A stretch of 61,499 bases of DNA. Source: Candidatus Omnitrophota bacterium (lineage in GTDB: Bacteria > Omnitrophota > Gorgyraeia > Zapsychrales > Fredricksoniimonadaceae). Positions 1-10,572 of the stretch are shown piece after piece. A model generated the notes under the pieces. That model was not told the DNA's origin and did not search any database. It saw only the letters and a program-made list of their open reading frames with translations. The stretch spans positions 1-61,499 of the forward strand of contig JABDGZ010000006.1 in NCBI GenBank assembly GCA_013285735.1, read 5' to 3'. Position numbers and translations under genes: made by a program. How positions within the stretch are numbered: position 1 is the first letter of the stretch; every line of letters begins with the position of its first letter.

Positions 1-1325
1 ATAATACTAAAAATACGGCACACATTCCTGCCAGTATATACATGAATTTATTCCATATCAAAAGAAGATAAGGAGAATCTTTTAATTCTATCGACAAGGA
101 GTAAGCTAGAATTCCAGCTGCGAGGAAAAATATTGCCCAGATAGGCATTTTCCAAAGCTTTAACGGCGGCTGAGAGATGTGGTGAAGAATAAAAATCATG
201 GTGACAATGCTCAGTACAAATAAACCTATTAAATCTGTCGTGGCACACCCTACGATGACGATGGCAGCAGCCAAAGCAAGCCAAGGTTTGGAATGACGTA
301 TTTGGTCACAGGCCCAAACCGTCGTATAACCCATCATAAAGAAACGGACAAACTGCTCTACCCTGACCAAATTTAGATCGAGGACAAAACGGCTGGGATG
401 AATATAATCAAAATAATACACAACCCCGATCAATGCCCATGACACCCCTACAATGGCGTGTACTTTATGATCCTTGCGAAAAATCGGATTAAATGCCAAA
501 TTGAAGACGAATAGTCCTGTTAACAAGAAATACTGAGACCATTTATCCCACCATAGATGTATATTGCTTAGAACATCATTTAAAGTAGAGTCCCCAAAAA
601 GAAAATTCTGCGGGCAGGACAAATAATATAAAGGTATCCATTCACTGGCAGGTACAGGATGAGCCACTTCTCGGGAAAGTGAAATAGGTATTTGCCAAAG
701 TAAAAAAAGGCAATGATGCCAGTACAAAAACAAGGCCTGTTAGAAAAACCATTTGGAAACGGTTGCGATGGCAAAACATCAGATAGGCTGTCATATAAAG
801 CATGGGAAATAAATTATAGATGGCATGAAAATTGACCCCTAAGCCAAATATCATCGCTGCCAGCAGGTAGCGCTCCCGATAAAAATAATAGAAGCCGCCA
901 AACATAAAAATATAACTGAATTCCTCATGGCAGAAACTGCGATACAGGAATTCTTCCGTACGTCCCATCAGCATAAACATCAAGGTAGCGCTTAAAGCTG
1001 TAAAACTGCTCCCGCTTACCAACAGCCACAGGCGATATACCCAATAAAACATAAAGTAGCGTGAGATTAAAAAAAGCAGTAAGTAGGCAGTAGGAATTTG
1101 TTTGACGGTAATGAACTTTGCTAAAAGAGGATAAAGCCAGCAAGTGAAATATTTGCTCAAGCTTTCTACATAATAATCGCCCATGTATAAATTAGGGTCG
1201 ATCATGTGCTTTAGGATGGGGATTTCTAAATGCTGGTCATCCCAACCGTAAATGTAACTGTTGGTTGATAGATAAGCTAAGAGGAGAAGAAAAGCGATGA
1301 AAAATTCGTTGCGTAATAATTTCAT
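1..1325 (-). pseudogene. Polytopic membrane protein (uncharacterised, GT-C-like) with a broken reading frame; the 3' part runs off the left edge
   Basis: ORF 642..1325 (227 aa, many hydrophobic helices) stops at TGA 642. My own minus-strand translation shows a second frame open from about 747 down to position 1 with no stop (...EWIPLYYLSCPQNFLFGDSTLNDVLSNIHLWWDKWSQYFLLTGLFVFNLAF...GILAYSLSIELK...), and it is also helix-rich. The two frames overlap at 642-747, which contains an A7/T7 run at 702-708. This is either one frameshifted gene or two overlapping genes. Confidence 0.5.
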
Positions 1326-1372
1326 GGATTTTTTATTGTATCAAAAATTAAGTTTCTTTTATAAAATATTGC

Positions 1373-2290
1373 TTAAAAAAAGCGCACCCTGGCAGCTGTA
1401 AGGTAGGGTTTTATCGTGTCACTCCCCTGCTCATGCAATAGGTATGCTTTTTTTAAGATTTCCTTGGCTAAATCTTCCCTGCCTACTGCTTGAAAGCACA
1501 TACTTAAATATAAGAATGCGTCGGAATTATTCGGATTATTTTGTAAGGAGGCTTGCAGGAATTCTGCTGATTTTTGATAGGATTTTTCATAGAAAGCTGC
1601 CAGACCGGCGTAATAATAAAAGATGCTTTGCTCATCCGGATTTTCTTTTATGCCAATGATGGCAATGTTCCATAATTGTTCATAGTTTGCAGTTTTAGAT
1701 AAACTGTCCATTAATAATATATAGGCCTCGGTACGTCCCTCTTTAAGGCCTGCAAGATAATCATAAGGTCCGTTATTTTTACTTAATTTTACGTCATTGT
1801 AAACCTTGGACCTGGCTAATAAGACAATTGTCCTGACCGGCTCCCGTTCAATAGCCTGGAGAAAATAATCCGCTGCTTTGGAATACTGGCCCTGTCGATA
1901 ATAAATAACCCCCAGGTTATAATAGGGCCAAAAATAGTCAGGATTAGCAGCAATGGCTTGGGCATAAGCTTCGATGGATTGGGACTGTTTTCCTAATCGT
2001 TCATAACAAAACCCCAGCATACCTAAAGCTTCGGCCTTCTGAACAGGATAGAAATGCATCACGGCTTTATGGTAATTGATACAATTTGTCAATATAAAAA
2101 GATTATAATGATCTTTTTTATCGACGAATTCAGTAAAATAATCAATGGGCGGGGTCAGGCGGCTGAGGGTTTGGGGAATGGTATTCCTAAGAAGCGCGTT
2201 ATAATCCAGGAGTCGCCATAGCAATAGAAAACAGACCAGGTATAGAAAGATGTTTCTCGTTAAAATTAATTTTAAGTATTTTGACAGCAT
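1373..2290 (-). CDS. TPR-repeat protein with an N-terminal membrane anchor
   Basis: TPR-like repeats (AYAQAIAANPDYFWPYYNLGVIYYRQGQYSKAADYFLQAIEREP). Starting at the internal ATG 2290 (MLSKYLKL) removes the overlap with the upstream gene, and a GAGGA Shine-Dalgarno sits about 9 nt upstream. Confidence 0.7.
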   Translation of the reverse strand: MLSKYLKLILTRNIFLYLVCFLLLWRLLDYNALLRNTIPQTLSRLTPPIDYFTEFVDKKDHYNLFILTNCINYHKAVMHFYPVQKAEALGMLGFCYERLGKQSQSIEAYAQAIAANPDYFWPYYNLGVIYYRQGQYSKAADYFLQAIEREPVRTIVLLARSKVYNDVKLSKNNGPYDYLAGLKEGRTEAYILLMDSLSKTANYEQLWNIAIIGIKENPDEQSIFYYYAGLAAFYEKSYQKSAEFLQASLQNNPNNSDAFLYLSMCFQAVGREDLAKEILKKAYLLHEQGSDTIKPYLTAARVRFF

Positions 2291-2294
2291 TGGT

Positions 2295-4412
2295 TTAATC
2301 CTCATACCTAACTGATAAGCAGGCATACCAGATCAGGCCCGCTAGAAAAATAAAAGCAAGGATAGACAAAAGAATATTCATCAGGTATTGCCACCAGGAG
2401 CCATAGTCAAATTCAATGATACTGTGGCCTGCAGGTATCCAAACTCCTTTAAAAGCCCCATTGGTTTCATAAAGCGTGGCCTGATGATGGTTAATGTTTA
2501 CCCGCCAATTAGAATTATAACTGTCATTGTAAATTAGGAATTTTTGATACGGGATATCCATGGCTATGCGTGCATGATTAGCATCAAAGGCCAGTAGTTT
2601 AAAGAATGTAGAATTTTCATCAATAGGCATCGCTTGAGCAGGCGGATAAGGATCGTTGCTGTTTAATTTAACACCCTCTCCTGCTTTTGCAAAGACGATG
2701 GCTGAATTGTTATTGGTCAGGAAATTATATTCCAGAACAGTAGTATTGATTTGATTAGGCTCAACCGCTTCCAGATGGTCTACCAGGATAAATTTATTTT
2801 GTAAATATCTTGCCAAAGGATAATTATCGATATTTTGGTAGATGAAATTATATCCTCCGGAAGCGTAATACAGGGTGTCTTTAGCACGGGAAGTGTTCTC
2901 AGGTGTGAGTAAATTGCTGTCTTTTAATTGTAAGGTTGAAAAAGAAAAATTATAAACGTAAGCGCTTGAGAAATAAGGAGCAGCGTTTAGAGACAGGTAA
3001 TGATAGGCTTCTAAAGGTTGGACTAGTACTAATAGTGTCAATAGAGCGAATCTCCCTATGTTCGCTTTTCGTCGTCTTAATACTATCAATGACCAAAGAA
3101 CAAGGCTTAAGGCAATCATTACATAGGTGCTTGATACGGCATCTTTTCTCTGCCATACAAAAAGAAATGCGAGCAAATGAACGCCCACCACATATAGGAA
3201 TAAAGACAATTGCTGCCGAGAGTTTGTTATTTTAATTTCCGTAAATATTTTCCAATGCTCCAGAACGAGTAATACAAACAGCGGGATCAAAAAGAACCAT
3301 ATAAAGAAATGCAGATTGCGGAAATATTTTAAAATGAAGATATGTTTATAAAAAAAGTCATAAAATGGAAGTCCGTGAGGAACAATACTGCAAAAAAGCA
3401 CCATGCCTAATAAAAATATAAAGACTGCCCTACGGGTAATACGTCCGATAAGTCCTAAGAAAAGTACGATGAAAGAAAAAAAAGGGACATAAACAACGGC
3501 GAATTTATACTGCCTCAAATTAGAAAAAAAAGAAGAATAGAACAAGTCCTCCACTGCTCCCCAATCCAAGGTTTGGCGGGGAACGATCAGCGTATGCCCC
3601 AAGCCCGCGTCCCCATGCCTTGCAGGTAAAATCATTTGCCCTTGTGAAGAATCGTGAAAAAAAGTAATGAGAGGAAGAAAAGAAAAAGATAATATTAATA
3701 AGGATAAAACCGTAAGTATTTTATTTTTTCTAAAGAAATCAGTATAGCGGCCCCAAAGTTTTGGAATCTGATCAGGAAAAGTAAGGAAAAAAAGAACCAA
3801 AAATAGGCCAAGAATGATTAAAAAATAAAAAGGAATGTAGGTGCCTGCCAAAATCATAAAGAAAAGCACTAGTCCTAAGAAAAAATGTTTTCGTGGTGTT
3901 TGGCTAAAAGCCACCAAAAAATAAAAAAACCAGATCAAGGGCACTGTTACCAGCATCATGTACGAATCAAAAAGCCTGGTGCCTAATGCAGAAAACAAAA
4001 GTATCAGATAGCCGGCATAAGCGATGAAACGGTCATGGTAAATGCGCATGGCCAATAAATAAAAGGCTACCATGCCGCTCCAGTAATAGAGTGCTAAAAA
4101 CCAAAGATAGGATAATGTATACGGGATACCTACGGATTTAAAAAGGATGATGATCAAATAAAACGGGTTTAAAGCACCGATACGCCTGAGAAAAAAATCA
4201 TTGGGAGCGCCATTAACCCAAAAAGGGTCCCACAAGGGGTAAATGCCGTGGCTCAGGTTCTCAACAAAGAATTTGGTATGTTCGTAATAGGAAAGTGCGT
4301 CACTGGTAAGGACGAGTTTGGAGCTTAAAAATCCCCAGAATGAAAAAATCCAGACTATAAATGCAAAAAATATCCAGAAGGTTGTGGACTGCTGAGGGTT
4401 TTCCTTGCTCAT
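2295..4412 (-). CDS. Large polytopic membrane protein, YfhO-like (GT-C-type glycosyltransferase candidate)
   Basis: 705 aa with at least 12 hydrophobic helices and a C-terminal soluble domain (..NWRVNINHHQATLYETNGAFKGVWIPAGHSIIEFDY) that resembles YfhO-family tails. The family call is from memory. Confidence 0.55.
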   Translation of the reverse strand: MSKENPQQSTTFWIFFAFIVWIFSFWGFLSSKLVLTSDALSYYEHTKFFVENLSHGIYPLWDPFWVNGAPNDFFLRRIGALNPFYLIIILFKSVGIPYTLSYLWFLALYYWSGMVAFYLLAMRIYHDRFIAYAGYLILLFSALGTRLFDSYMMLVTVPLIWFFYFLVAFSQTPRKHFFLGLVLFFMILAGTYIPFYFLIILGLFLVLFFLTFPDQIPKLWGRYTDFFRKNKILTVLSLLILSFSFLPLITFFHDSSQGQMILPARHGDAGLGHTLIVPRQTLDWGAVEDLFYSSFFSNLRQYKFAVVYVPFFSFIVLFLGLIGRITRRAVFIFLLGMVLFCSIVPHGLPFYDFFYKHIFILKYFRNLHFFIWFFLIPLFVLLVLEHWKIFTEIKITNSRQQLSLFLYVVGVHLLAFLFVWQRKDAVSSTYVMIALSLVLWSLIVLRRRKANIGRFALLTLLVLVQPLEAYHYLSLNAAPYFSSAYVYNFSFSTLQLKDSNLLTPENTSRAKDTLYYASGGYNFIYQNIDNYPLARYLQNKFILVDHLEAVEPNQINTTVLEYNFLTNNNSAIVFAKAGEGVKLNSNDPYPPAQAMPIDENSTFFKLLAFDANHARIAMDIPYQKFLIYNDSYNSNWRVNINHHQATLYETNGAFKGVWIPAGHSIIEFDYGSWWQYLMNILLSILAFIFLAGLIWYACLSVRYED

Positions 4413-4444
4413 GAATTTATGGTGCTAAATCGTGGGAACATTAA

Positions 4445-4813
4445 TTATTTTTTTGATGAGCTTAAAACAGTTTTAGCTGGGCGGTTTTTGGTTTTTAAAT
4501 CAACATATTTGACACCAATTTGATAATAACCGCTTTTATTGCGGGTGGAACGGATAACTTTTCCAAAACCATTAAAAATATCAAGGACGCCAGACATAAC
4601 AACCTGCAATTCAATAATGTCACCAGGATGATACGCCAGGGCGCTTATAAAAAGCAGGCCACTAAGCGACATGTTTTCAGTGGTGGCCAACTGCCACATA
4701 GAATCAACTTTGCGGCTATTGTGTTTGATCAGCCGGTGGCGCACGGTAATGATGCGCTTGGCGCGTATACTGTCCCTGCGTTCATCAAAAGAGTTCTGTT
4801 TGGTGGGCGGCAT
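4445..4813 (-). CDS. PilZ-domain protein (c-di-GMP receptor candidate)
   Basis: Both PilZ motifs are present: RxxxR (RRDSIRAKR) and N-x-S-x-x-G (NMSLSG). Confidence 0.75.
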   Translation of the reverse strand: MPPTKQNSFDERRDSIRAKRIITVRHRLIKHNSRKVDSMWQLATTENMSLSGLLFISALAYHPGDIIELQVVMSGVLDIFNGFGKVIRSTRNKSGYYQIGVKYVDLKTKNRPAKTVLSSSKK

Positions 4814-4857
4814 ATATCTATTCTATTTTCTTTATTGCCTACGTCAACCGTTTTGTT

Positions 4858-5808
4858 TTATTGATGGTGTGTTAATTCTTTTCTTATATTAAATAAAGGG
4901 CGATGTTTGACTTCTACGTATAAACGGCCGATATATTCGCTAATGATGCCGAGGCTTAAGAGTTGTATTCCGCTGAATATAAACATGGGCAGTACGGTTG
5001 ATGTCCACCCTGGTAAAGCATGGCCGGTGATTTTGGAACAAAGAGTATAAATTATTCCTGTCAGGGCCAATAAACAACATAAAATTCCGATAATGGAAAC
5101 CACGCGCAATGGCACGAAGCTGAAAGATAAAACTCCATCTAAAGAAAAGGAAAGCATTTTTCCTAGGCTGAATTTTGTACTCCCTTGAAGCCGTGGTTGG
5201 CGTTTGTAAAAAACAGTCGCATAATGATTATCCAAAGACAGCACCATGGCACGGATAAAACGATTCCGTTCGCCCAAGGCATTGAAATCATTGATTAATG
5301 CCCTGGCCATCAAACGAAAATCCCCGTGATTGTTGACAATTTTTACTCCCAATATTTTAATCAAATTATAGAAGCCTTCAGCGGTGAATCTTTTAAAGAA
5401 AGTGTCAGTTTGCCTGTCTTCGCGAACCCCCAGAACAAGATCATACCCTTGTTCGTAAAGGCTTATCATCTCTTCGATCTTTTCCGGAGGGTCTTGTAAA
5501 TCCGCATCAATGGTCACTGCTGCGTCCCCTTTGGCAAAGGTCAGACCTGCGCACAAAGCCCCTTGCAAACCAAAATTCCGTCGTAATACTAGGACCCTCG
5601 AATGAGAATCATCGGCAAATATTTTGTCCAGGATTTTTTGTGTTCCGTCTGTTGAACCATCATTAACATATAAAATTTCGTAGTTGGTGCACAGCGCGCG
5701 CTTATGAAGGTCCTGCATGATTGAAGTCATCCGTTGGTGGGTTGTTTCAATGACTTCTTCTTCGTTATAGCAGGGAATAATGATAGAAATACTGTGAAGT
5801 TTACGCAT
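4858..5808 (-). CDS. Family 2 glycosyltransferase, polyprenyl-phosphate sugar transferase type (GtrB/CsbB/ArnC-like)
   Basis: SIIIPCYNEE and TIDADLQDPP motifs, plus two C-terminal TM helices. The listed first codon (5829) is TTG; the first ATG is residue 8, at 5808. Confidence 0.8.
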   Translation of the reverse strand: MRKLHSISIIIPCYNEEEVIETTHQRMTSIMQDLHKRALCTNYEILYVNDGSTDGTQKILDKIFADDSHSRVLVLRRNFGLQGALCAGLTFAKGDAAVTIDADLQDPPEKIEEMISLYEQGYDLVLGVREDRQTDTFFKRFTAEGFYNLIKILGVKIVNNHGDFRLMARALINDFNALGERNRFIRAMVLSLDNHYATVFYKRQPRLQGSTKFSLGKMLSFSLDGVLSFSFVPLRVVSIIGILCCLLALTGIIYTLCSKITGHALPGWTSTVLPMFIFSGIQLLSLGIISEYIGRLYVEVKHRPLFNIRKELTHHQ

Positions 5809-6904
5809 ATTTTTTATAGGGAATATCAAAGGTTTCAGATACTTCTTTGATGGTCAAATGCCCTTCTGTCATGTTTAAAGCTGTACGGATCTCATGAGAT
5901 TCTTTGGCCCATTTTTTAAAGCCGTCATTAGCAACTTTTAAAATAAAGGGAAAAGTAGCATTAGTCAAAGCATAGGTGCTGGTGCGTGCGACAGCTCCGG
6001 GCATATTAGTGACACAGTAATGCACGACCCCGTCAACGACATAGATAGGATTATCATGGGTCGTAGGTCGTGAAGTTTCAATGGACCCGCCCTGGTCAAT
6101 GGCCACATCAACAATGACAGCCCCTTTTTTCATTTGAGAAACTAATTTACGGTCAATCAAGCACGGGGCTTTGGCACCACGGATTAAAACAGAACTGATC
6201 ACCAAATCCGCCTTGAGCACAGCTTCGCGGATATTGTGGGAATTGCTCATCAGGGTATGGACATTAGGAGGCATGATTTCTTCCAGATACCGAAGGCGGT
6301 TTAAGTTAATGTCCAAAACCGTGACATTGGCCCCAAGACCTGCAGCCATTTTACAGGCGTTGGAACCGACCACACCAGCGCCAATGATGGCTACTTCCGC
6401 CGGATAAACACCAGGAACACCCGCTAACAAAATTCCTCTGCCCTTTGATGGTTCTTCCAGGTATTTAGCTCCCTCGTGTACGGCCATACGTCCAGCCACT
6501 TCAGACATGGGAGTTAAGCAAGGTAATTCTCCGTCTTCAGTTTGAAGAGTCTCATAAGCCAAGGCAGTGATTTTACGTTCCAGCATAGCCTCAGTTAATT
6601 CACGGCTGGCGGCAAAATGAAAATAGGTAAATACAATTTGGTCTTTTTTAAGAAGCCGGTATTCAGAAGGCTGCGGTTCTTTTATTTTGACGATCATGTG
6701 AGCTTGGGCGTAAATCATATCAGGGGTATTTACAATTTCTCCCCCCACCGTCTCATAATCAACGTCTGTAATGCCGCTGGCTAAACCTGCGTTATGTTCG
6801 ATTAAAACCTGATGACCGGCACGTACCAAAGATTCGACACCGACCGGCAGGATACTGACGCGGCATTCATTGCTTTTAATTTCTTTGGGCACGCCAATAA
6901 TCAT
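5801..6904 (-). CDS. ald: Alanine dehydrogenase
   Basis: N-terminus MIIGVPKEIKSNECRVSILPVGVESLVRAGHQVLIEHNAG and NAD-binding motif IIGAGVVG. Confidence 0.92.
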   Translation of the reverse strand: MIIGVPKEIKSNECRVSILPVGVESLVRAGHQVLIEHNAGLASGITDVDYETVGGEIVNTPDMIYAQAHMIVKIKEPQPSEYRLLKKDQIVFTYFHFAASRELTEAMLERKITALAYETLQTEDGELPCLTPMSEVAGRMAVHEGAKYLEEPSKGRGILLAGVPGVYPAEVAIIGAGVVGSNACKMAAGLGANVTVLDINLNRLRYLEEIMPPNVHTLMSNSHNIREAVLKADLVISSVLIRGAKAPCLIDRKLVSQMKKGAVIVDVAIDQGGSIETSRPTTHDNPIYVVDGVVHYCVTNMPGAVARTSTYALTNATFPFILKVANDGFKKWAKESHEIRTALNMTEGHLTIKEVSETFDIPYKKYA

Positions 6905-6906
6905 AT

Positions 6907-8295
6907 TTATTGAGGACCTATCATGTCTTGCGGACGGACTAAAGCATCAAATTTTTCAGCTGTCAATAATCCAAGAGCAATCGCAGCTTCTTTGAGGGTG
7001 ATATTATCAGCAAAAGCTTTTTTGGCAACCTTGGCAGCATTATCATAACCAATATGCGGATTTAAAGCAGTCACGAGCATCAGTGAATTATCCAGATGCT
7101 TTTTGATATTAAGGCGATTGGCTTCGATGCCAACAACACAATTGTCAGTAAAGCTTTCACAAGCATCTGATAAAAGCCGGATAGAATTGAGGACATTAAA
7201 GATGATCACTGGTTTATAGACGTTTAATTCAAAATTTCCATTTGAGCCGGCGACCGTCACTGCCGTATTATTACCAAAAACCTGCACACAGACCATGGTC
7301 ATGGCCTCGCATTGCGTTGGGTTGACCTTACCAGGCATGATGGAAGAACCTGGTTCATTTTCCGGTAAATGCAATTCCCCAATCCCTGAGCGCGGGCCTG
7401 AACCAAGCCAGCGGATATCATTGGCAATTTTCATCAGTGAAGCAGCCAAGGTATTTAATACGCCGCTGAAATTGACCATGCTGTCATGTGAAGCCAGGGC
7501 TTCAAATTTATTACGAGCGGTTTTAAAAGGTTTGCCTGTGATTTGGGCGATTTTTTCTGCTGATTTAACAGCAAATTGCGGATGCGTGTTAAGTCCGGTA
7601 CCGACGGCTGTACCGCCTAATGCTAATTCATACAGATGCGGCAAGGCTGCATCAATGCGTTCAAGATTGCTTGTCAGTTGCTGCACATATCCGGAGATTT
7701 CCTGGCCTAAGGTCAATGGTGTGGCATCCATCAAATGGGTGCGTCCGATTTTGATAATATCCTTAAATTCTTCTTCTTTAATTTTTAGGGCGTCACGTAA
7801 TTTTTTGATCATCGGTATCAAACGTAGGTGAATTTCTTCGATGGCCGCAATATGCATGGCTGTTGGGAAGGTGTCGTTGGACGATTGGGCTTTGTTGACA
7901 TCATCATTAGGATGAATAGGTTTTTTGCTGCCCATGCTTCCACCTGAAAGTTCAATGGCGCGGTTGGAGATTACTTCATTAGCGTTCATATTAGTCTGAG
8001 TGCCTGAACCTGTTTGCCAAATGACCAGAGGAAAATGATTGTCAAGTTTACCTTCAATGACTTCATCTGCTGCACGGATTATTAAAGCAGCTTTATCAGC
8101 AGGTAATATCCCAAGTTCCTGATTAGTCATGGCTGCGGCTTTTTTAAGGATGCCCAGTGCCCGGATCATCTCTTTAGGGAATCGATCACCGCCGATTTTA
8201 AAATTTTCAATGGAACGCTGTGTTTGAGCGCCCCAGTATTTATCCGTGGGAACCTTAATTTCTCCCATACTGTCAGTTTCTATACGATATTCCAT
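6907..8295 (-). CDS. fumC: Class II fumarate hydratase
   Basis: Fumarate-lyase signature [16 protein letters not shown] in a 462-aa protein. Confidence 0.95.
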   Translation of the reverse strand: MEYRIETDSMGEIKVPTDKYWGAQTQRSIENFKIGGDRFPKEMIRALGILKKAAAMTNQELGILPADKAALIIRAADEVIEGKLDNHFPLVIWQTGSGTQTNMNANEVISNRAIELSGGSMGSKKPIHPNDDVNKAQSSNDTFPTAMHIAAIEEIHLRLIPMIKKLRDALKIKEEEFKDIIKIGRTHLMDATPLTLGQEISGYVQQLTSNLERIDAALPHLYELALGGTAVGTGLNTHPQFAVKSAEKIAQITGKPFKTARNKFEALASHDSMVNFSGVLNTLAASLMKIANDIRWLGSGPRSGIGELHLPENEPGSSIMPGKVNPTQCEAMTMVCVQVFGNNTAVTVAGSNGNFELNVYKPVIIFNVLNSIRLLSDACESFTDNCVVGIEANRLNIKKHLDNSLMLVTALNPHIGYDNAAKVAKKAFADNITLKEAAIALGLLTAEKFDALVRPQDMIGPQ

Positions 8296-8298
8296 TTA

Positions 8299-9162
8299 TT
8301 AACCCTTTTTAATTGGAACAATGTTGCCACCAGCCAGATCACCGATGACATTGACTAATTCACTGTTAATCGGAACGACGATTTTTGAGTTTTGAGATAA
8401 TGCTTTTTCAACTGTTTCTAAACGGCGTAGAAGTTGGGCGTTGCCTACAAAGTATTTATCCGCGGCTTCATTGACCAGTCGGATGGCTTCTGATTCGCCC
8501 TCGGCTTGTAATATCCTGGCTTGTTTGATGCCTTCGGCTTTTTTGATCTCTGCTCTTTTTTGGCCGTCAGCTGCTGTTTCCGTGGCTGTTGCAAAGTCTA
8601 TGGCAGCAATTTTTTCATTCTCTGCTTTAACGACCTTGTTCATGGTTTCCTGGACGTCCTTGGGAGGGTCAATTTCTTTAAGCTCGGTACGGACAATTTC
8701 CAATCCCCAGCTGGCGGTTTCGCGTTCTAATATTTGGTGCAGGTCAGTATTAATACGGCCGCGCTCGCTGTTAGCACTTTTTAAAGTCATAGTACCGATG
8801 ATATTACGCAAGGTGGTGCGGGCCAGATTGACGATTTGATATTGATAATTACCGACATTATATTGGCATTTTTTAACGCTGTCCTCGTCAGGTTTGACTT
8901 TAAAGTAGACCTGGGCATCGACCTTGGCGTTTAAATTATCATTGGTGATGATTTCCTGCGTTTCAGCGTTGACCAATTGTTCGGTGATATTCACGATGTA
9001 TACATTTTCTATTAATGGGATAACCCAGTTAAATCCCAAATTGGCAAAACGATGGTATTTTCCAAGGCGTTCAATGAGTCCTCGTGAAGTCGGACGGATA
9101 ACGCGAATGCCAGATATAAAAATGAATATGGCAAAGACAATTGGAATTAGAATAGATCCCAT
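8299..9162 (-). CDS. SPFH/Band 7 (stomatin/prohibitin-like) membrane protein
   Basis: One N-terminal TM helix, an SPFH-like core and an Ala/Glu-rich coiled tail (KRAEIKKAEGIKQARILQAEGESEAIRL). Confidence 0.8.
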   Translation of the reverse strand: MGSILIPIVFAIFIFISGIRVIRPTSRGLIERLGKYHRFANLGFNWVIPLIENVYIVNITEQLVNAETQEIITNDNLNAKVDAQVYFKVKPDEDSVKKCQYNVGNYQYQIVNLARTTLRNIIGTMTLKSANSERGRINTDLHQILERETASWGLEIVRTELKEIDPPKDVQETMNKVVKAENEKIAAIDFATATETAADGQKRAEIKKAEGIKQARILQAEGESEAIRLVNEAADKYFVGNAQLLRRLETVEKALSQNSKIVVPINSELVNVIGDLAGGNIVPIKKG

Positions 9163-9171
9163 GCTAACCTC

Positions 9172-10563
9172 CTAATTATTCAATAAGTAATGCGTTAACA
9201 AACGCACGCCGGCACCGGTGGCACCAAATCCGTAATACATGCGCCCTGATCCTTCAGCGTAAGAACTTCCGGCAATATCTAAATGAGCCCAGGTGGTGCC
9301 TTCCGTAAACTGATGCAAAAATTCCGCCGCGGTGCTTGCTCCCCCGCCTTTGATATTGCTGGTATTTTTTAAATCCGCGATAGGTGATTTAATATATTCT
9401 TTGAGTTCTGCATAAACAGGCAGCCGCCAGGCCCGGTCATCGGTTTTTTGGGAAGCTTCTATTAATTGGCGGGCCAATTCATCACAATTGGAAAATAAAC
9501 CGGTATAATCAAATCCCAAAGCCACCACACAGGCCCCGGTCAAAGTAGCCAGATCAATCATTTTAGCCGGCTTATAATTTTTGACGACATAGGCAAAAGC
9601 ATCCGCTAAAACCAAACGGCCTTCAGCGTCGGTATTGCCGATTTCAACGGATTTTCCGGCATAGCCGGTAATCACATCACCAGGTTTGTAGGCAGCAGAG
9701 CCAATTGAATTTTCAGCGATCCCTAAAACGAAAAGCAAATTCTTCTTTAATCCGAGTGCCAGGACATTTTTTAATAAACCGCATACAGCTGCTGCTCCAG
9801 CCATGTCGATTTTCATTGTTTCAATGCCGCCGGTAGGTTTTAAATTTAAACCTCCTGTATCAAAGGTCATACCCTTGCCGATAAATGCAGTATAACCGTC
9901 TCCCTTTTTACCGCCGTTATAGCGGACAATGATGAGTTTAGGTTCTTTATTACTAGCCTGGTTTACGGCCAAATGAAGATTAAGGCCTTTGGATTTTAAT
10001 TCTTTACGATTTAAAATTTCCAAACTCAAGTTCTTTTTACCTTTAATAAGGTCTCTGACAGTTTTTTCTAAGTATGTTGATGTGATCGTGTCTGCATTGT
10101 CATTAACCAGGTCACGGGTCAAACTGACGCCCTGGCAGACAGCAACTGCGTCAGTGAATATTTTTTTTGTTTCGACGGCAATAGTCACTTGTTTGGTTTT
10201 AACAGTTTTGTCGTTTTTATCTTTGGATTTATATTTGTCCCAGGCATAGGTGCCGATGAGTACGCCTTCTATTATGGCAATGATCGCCGCATCATCTTTG
10301 CTATGAGGAATGATTTCAACTGTTTTAGCTTTTTGGAGATAGGTTGAGGCAAAAGCTTTACGCACTTGTATACGTAAATCAGTTAAAGACAATTTATCTG
10401 TCTTGCCTAATCCAACAAACAGAAAGGTCTTGTCGCCTTCGAGTACAGGATAAATTTCTCCTTTTTCTAATCCGTTTTTGAAACGTGCATGTGTTTGGCC
10501 GGATGCTAAAAGAACTACCATCGCATCTTTGTCGTATTTGGCTGGTGAATGAAATGAAATCAC
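9172..10563 (-). CDS. pepA: Leucyl aminopeptidase (M17)
   Basis: M17 signature NTDAEGRLVLADA. Confidence 0.92.
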   Translation of the reverse strand: MISFHSPAKYDKDAMVVLLASGQTHARFKNGLEKGEIYPVLEGDKTFLFVGLGKTDKLSLTDLRIQVRKAFASTYLQKAKTVEIIPHSKDDAAIIAIIEGVLIGTYAWDKYKSKDKNDKTVKTKQVTIAVETKKIFTDAVAVCQGVSLTRDLVNDNADTITSTYLEKTVRDLIKGKKNLSLEILNRKELKSKGLNLHLAVNQASNKEPKLIIVRYNGGKKGDGYTAFIGKGMTFDTGGLNLKPTGGIETMKIDMAGAAAVCGLLKNVLALGLKKNLLFVLGIAENSIGSAAYKPGDVITGYAGKSVEIGNTDAEGRLVLADAFAYVVKNYKPAKMIDLATLTGACVVALGFDYTGLFSNCDELARQLIEASQKTDDRAWRLPVYAELKEYIKSPIADLKNTSNIKGGGASTAAEFLHQFTEGTTWAHLDIAGSSYAEGSGRMYYGFGATGAGVRLLTHYLLNN

Positions 10564-10572
10564 GGCAATCTC

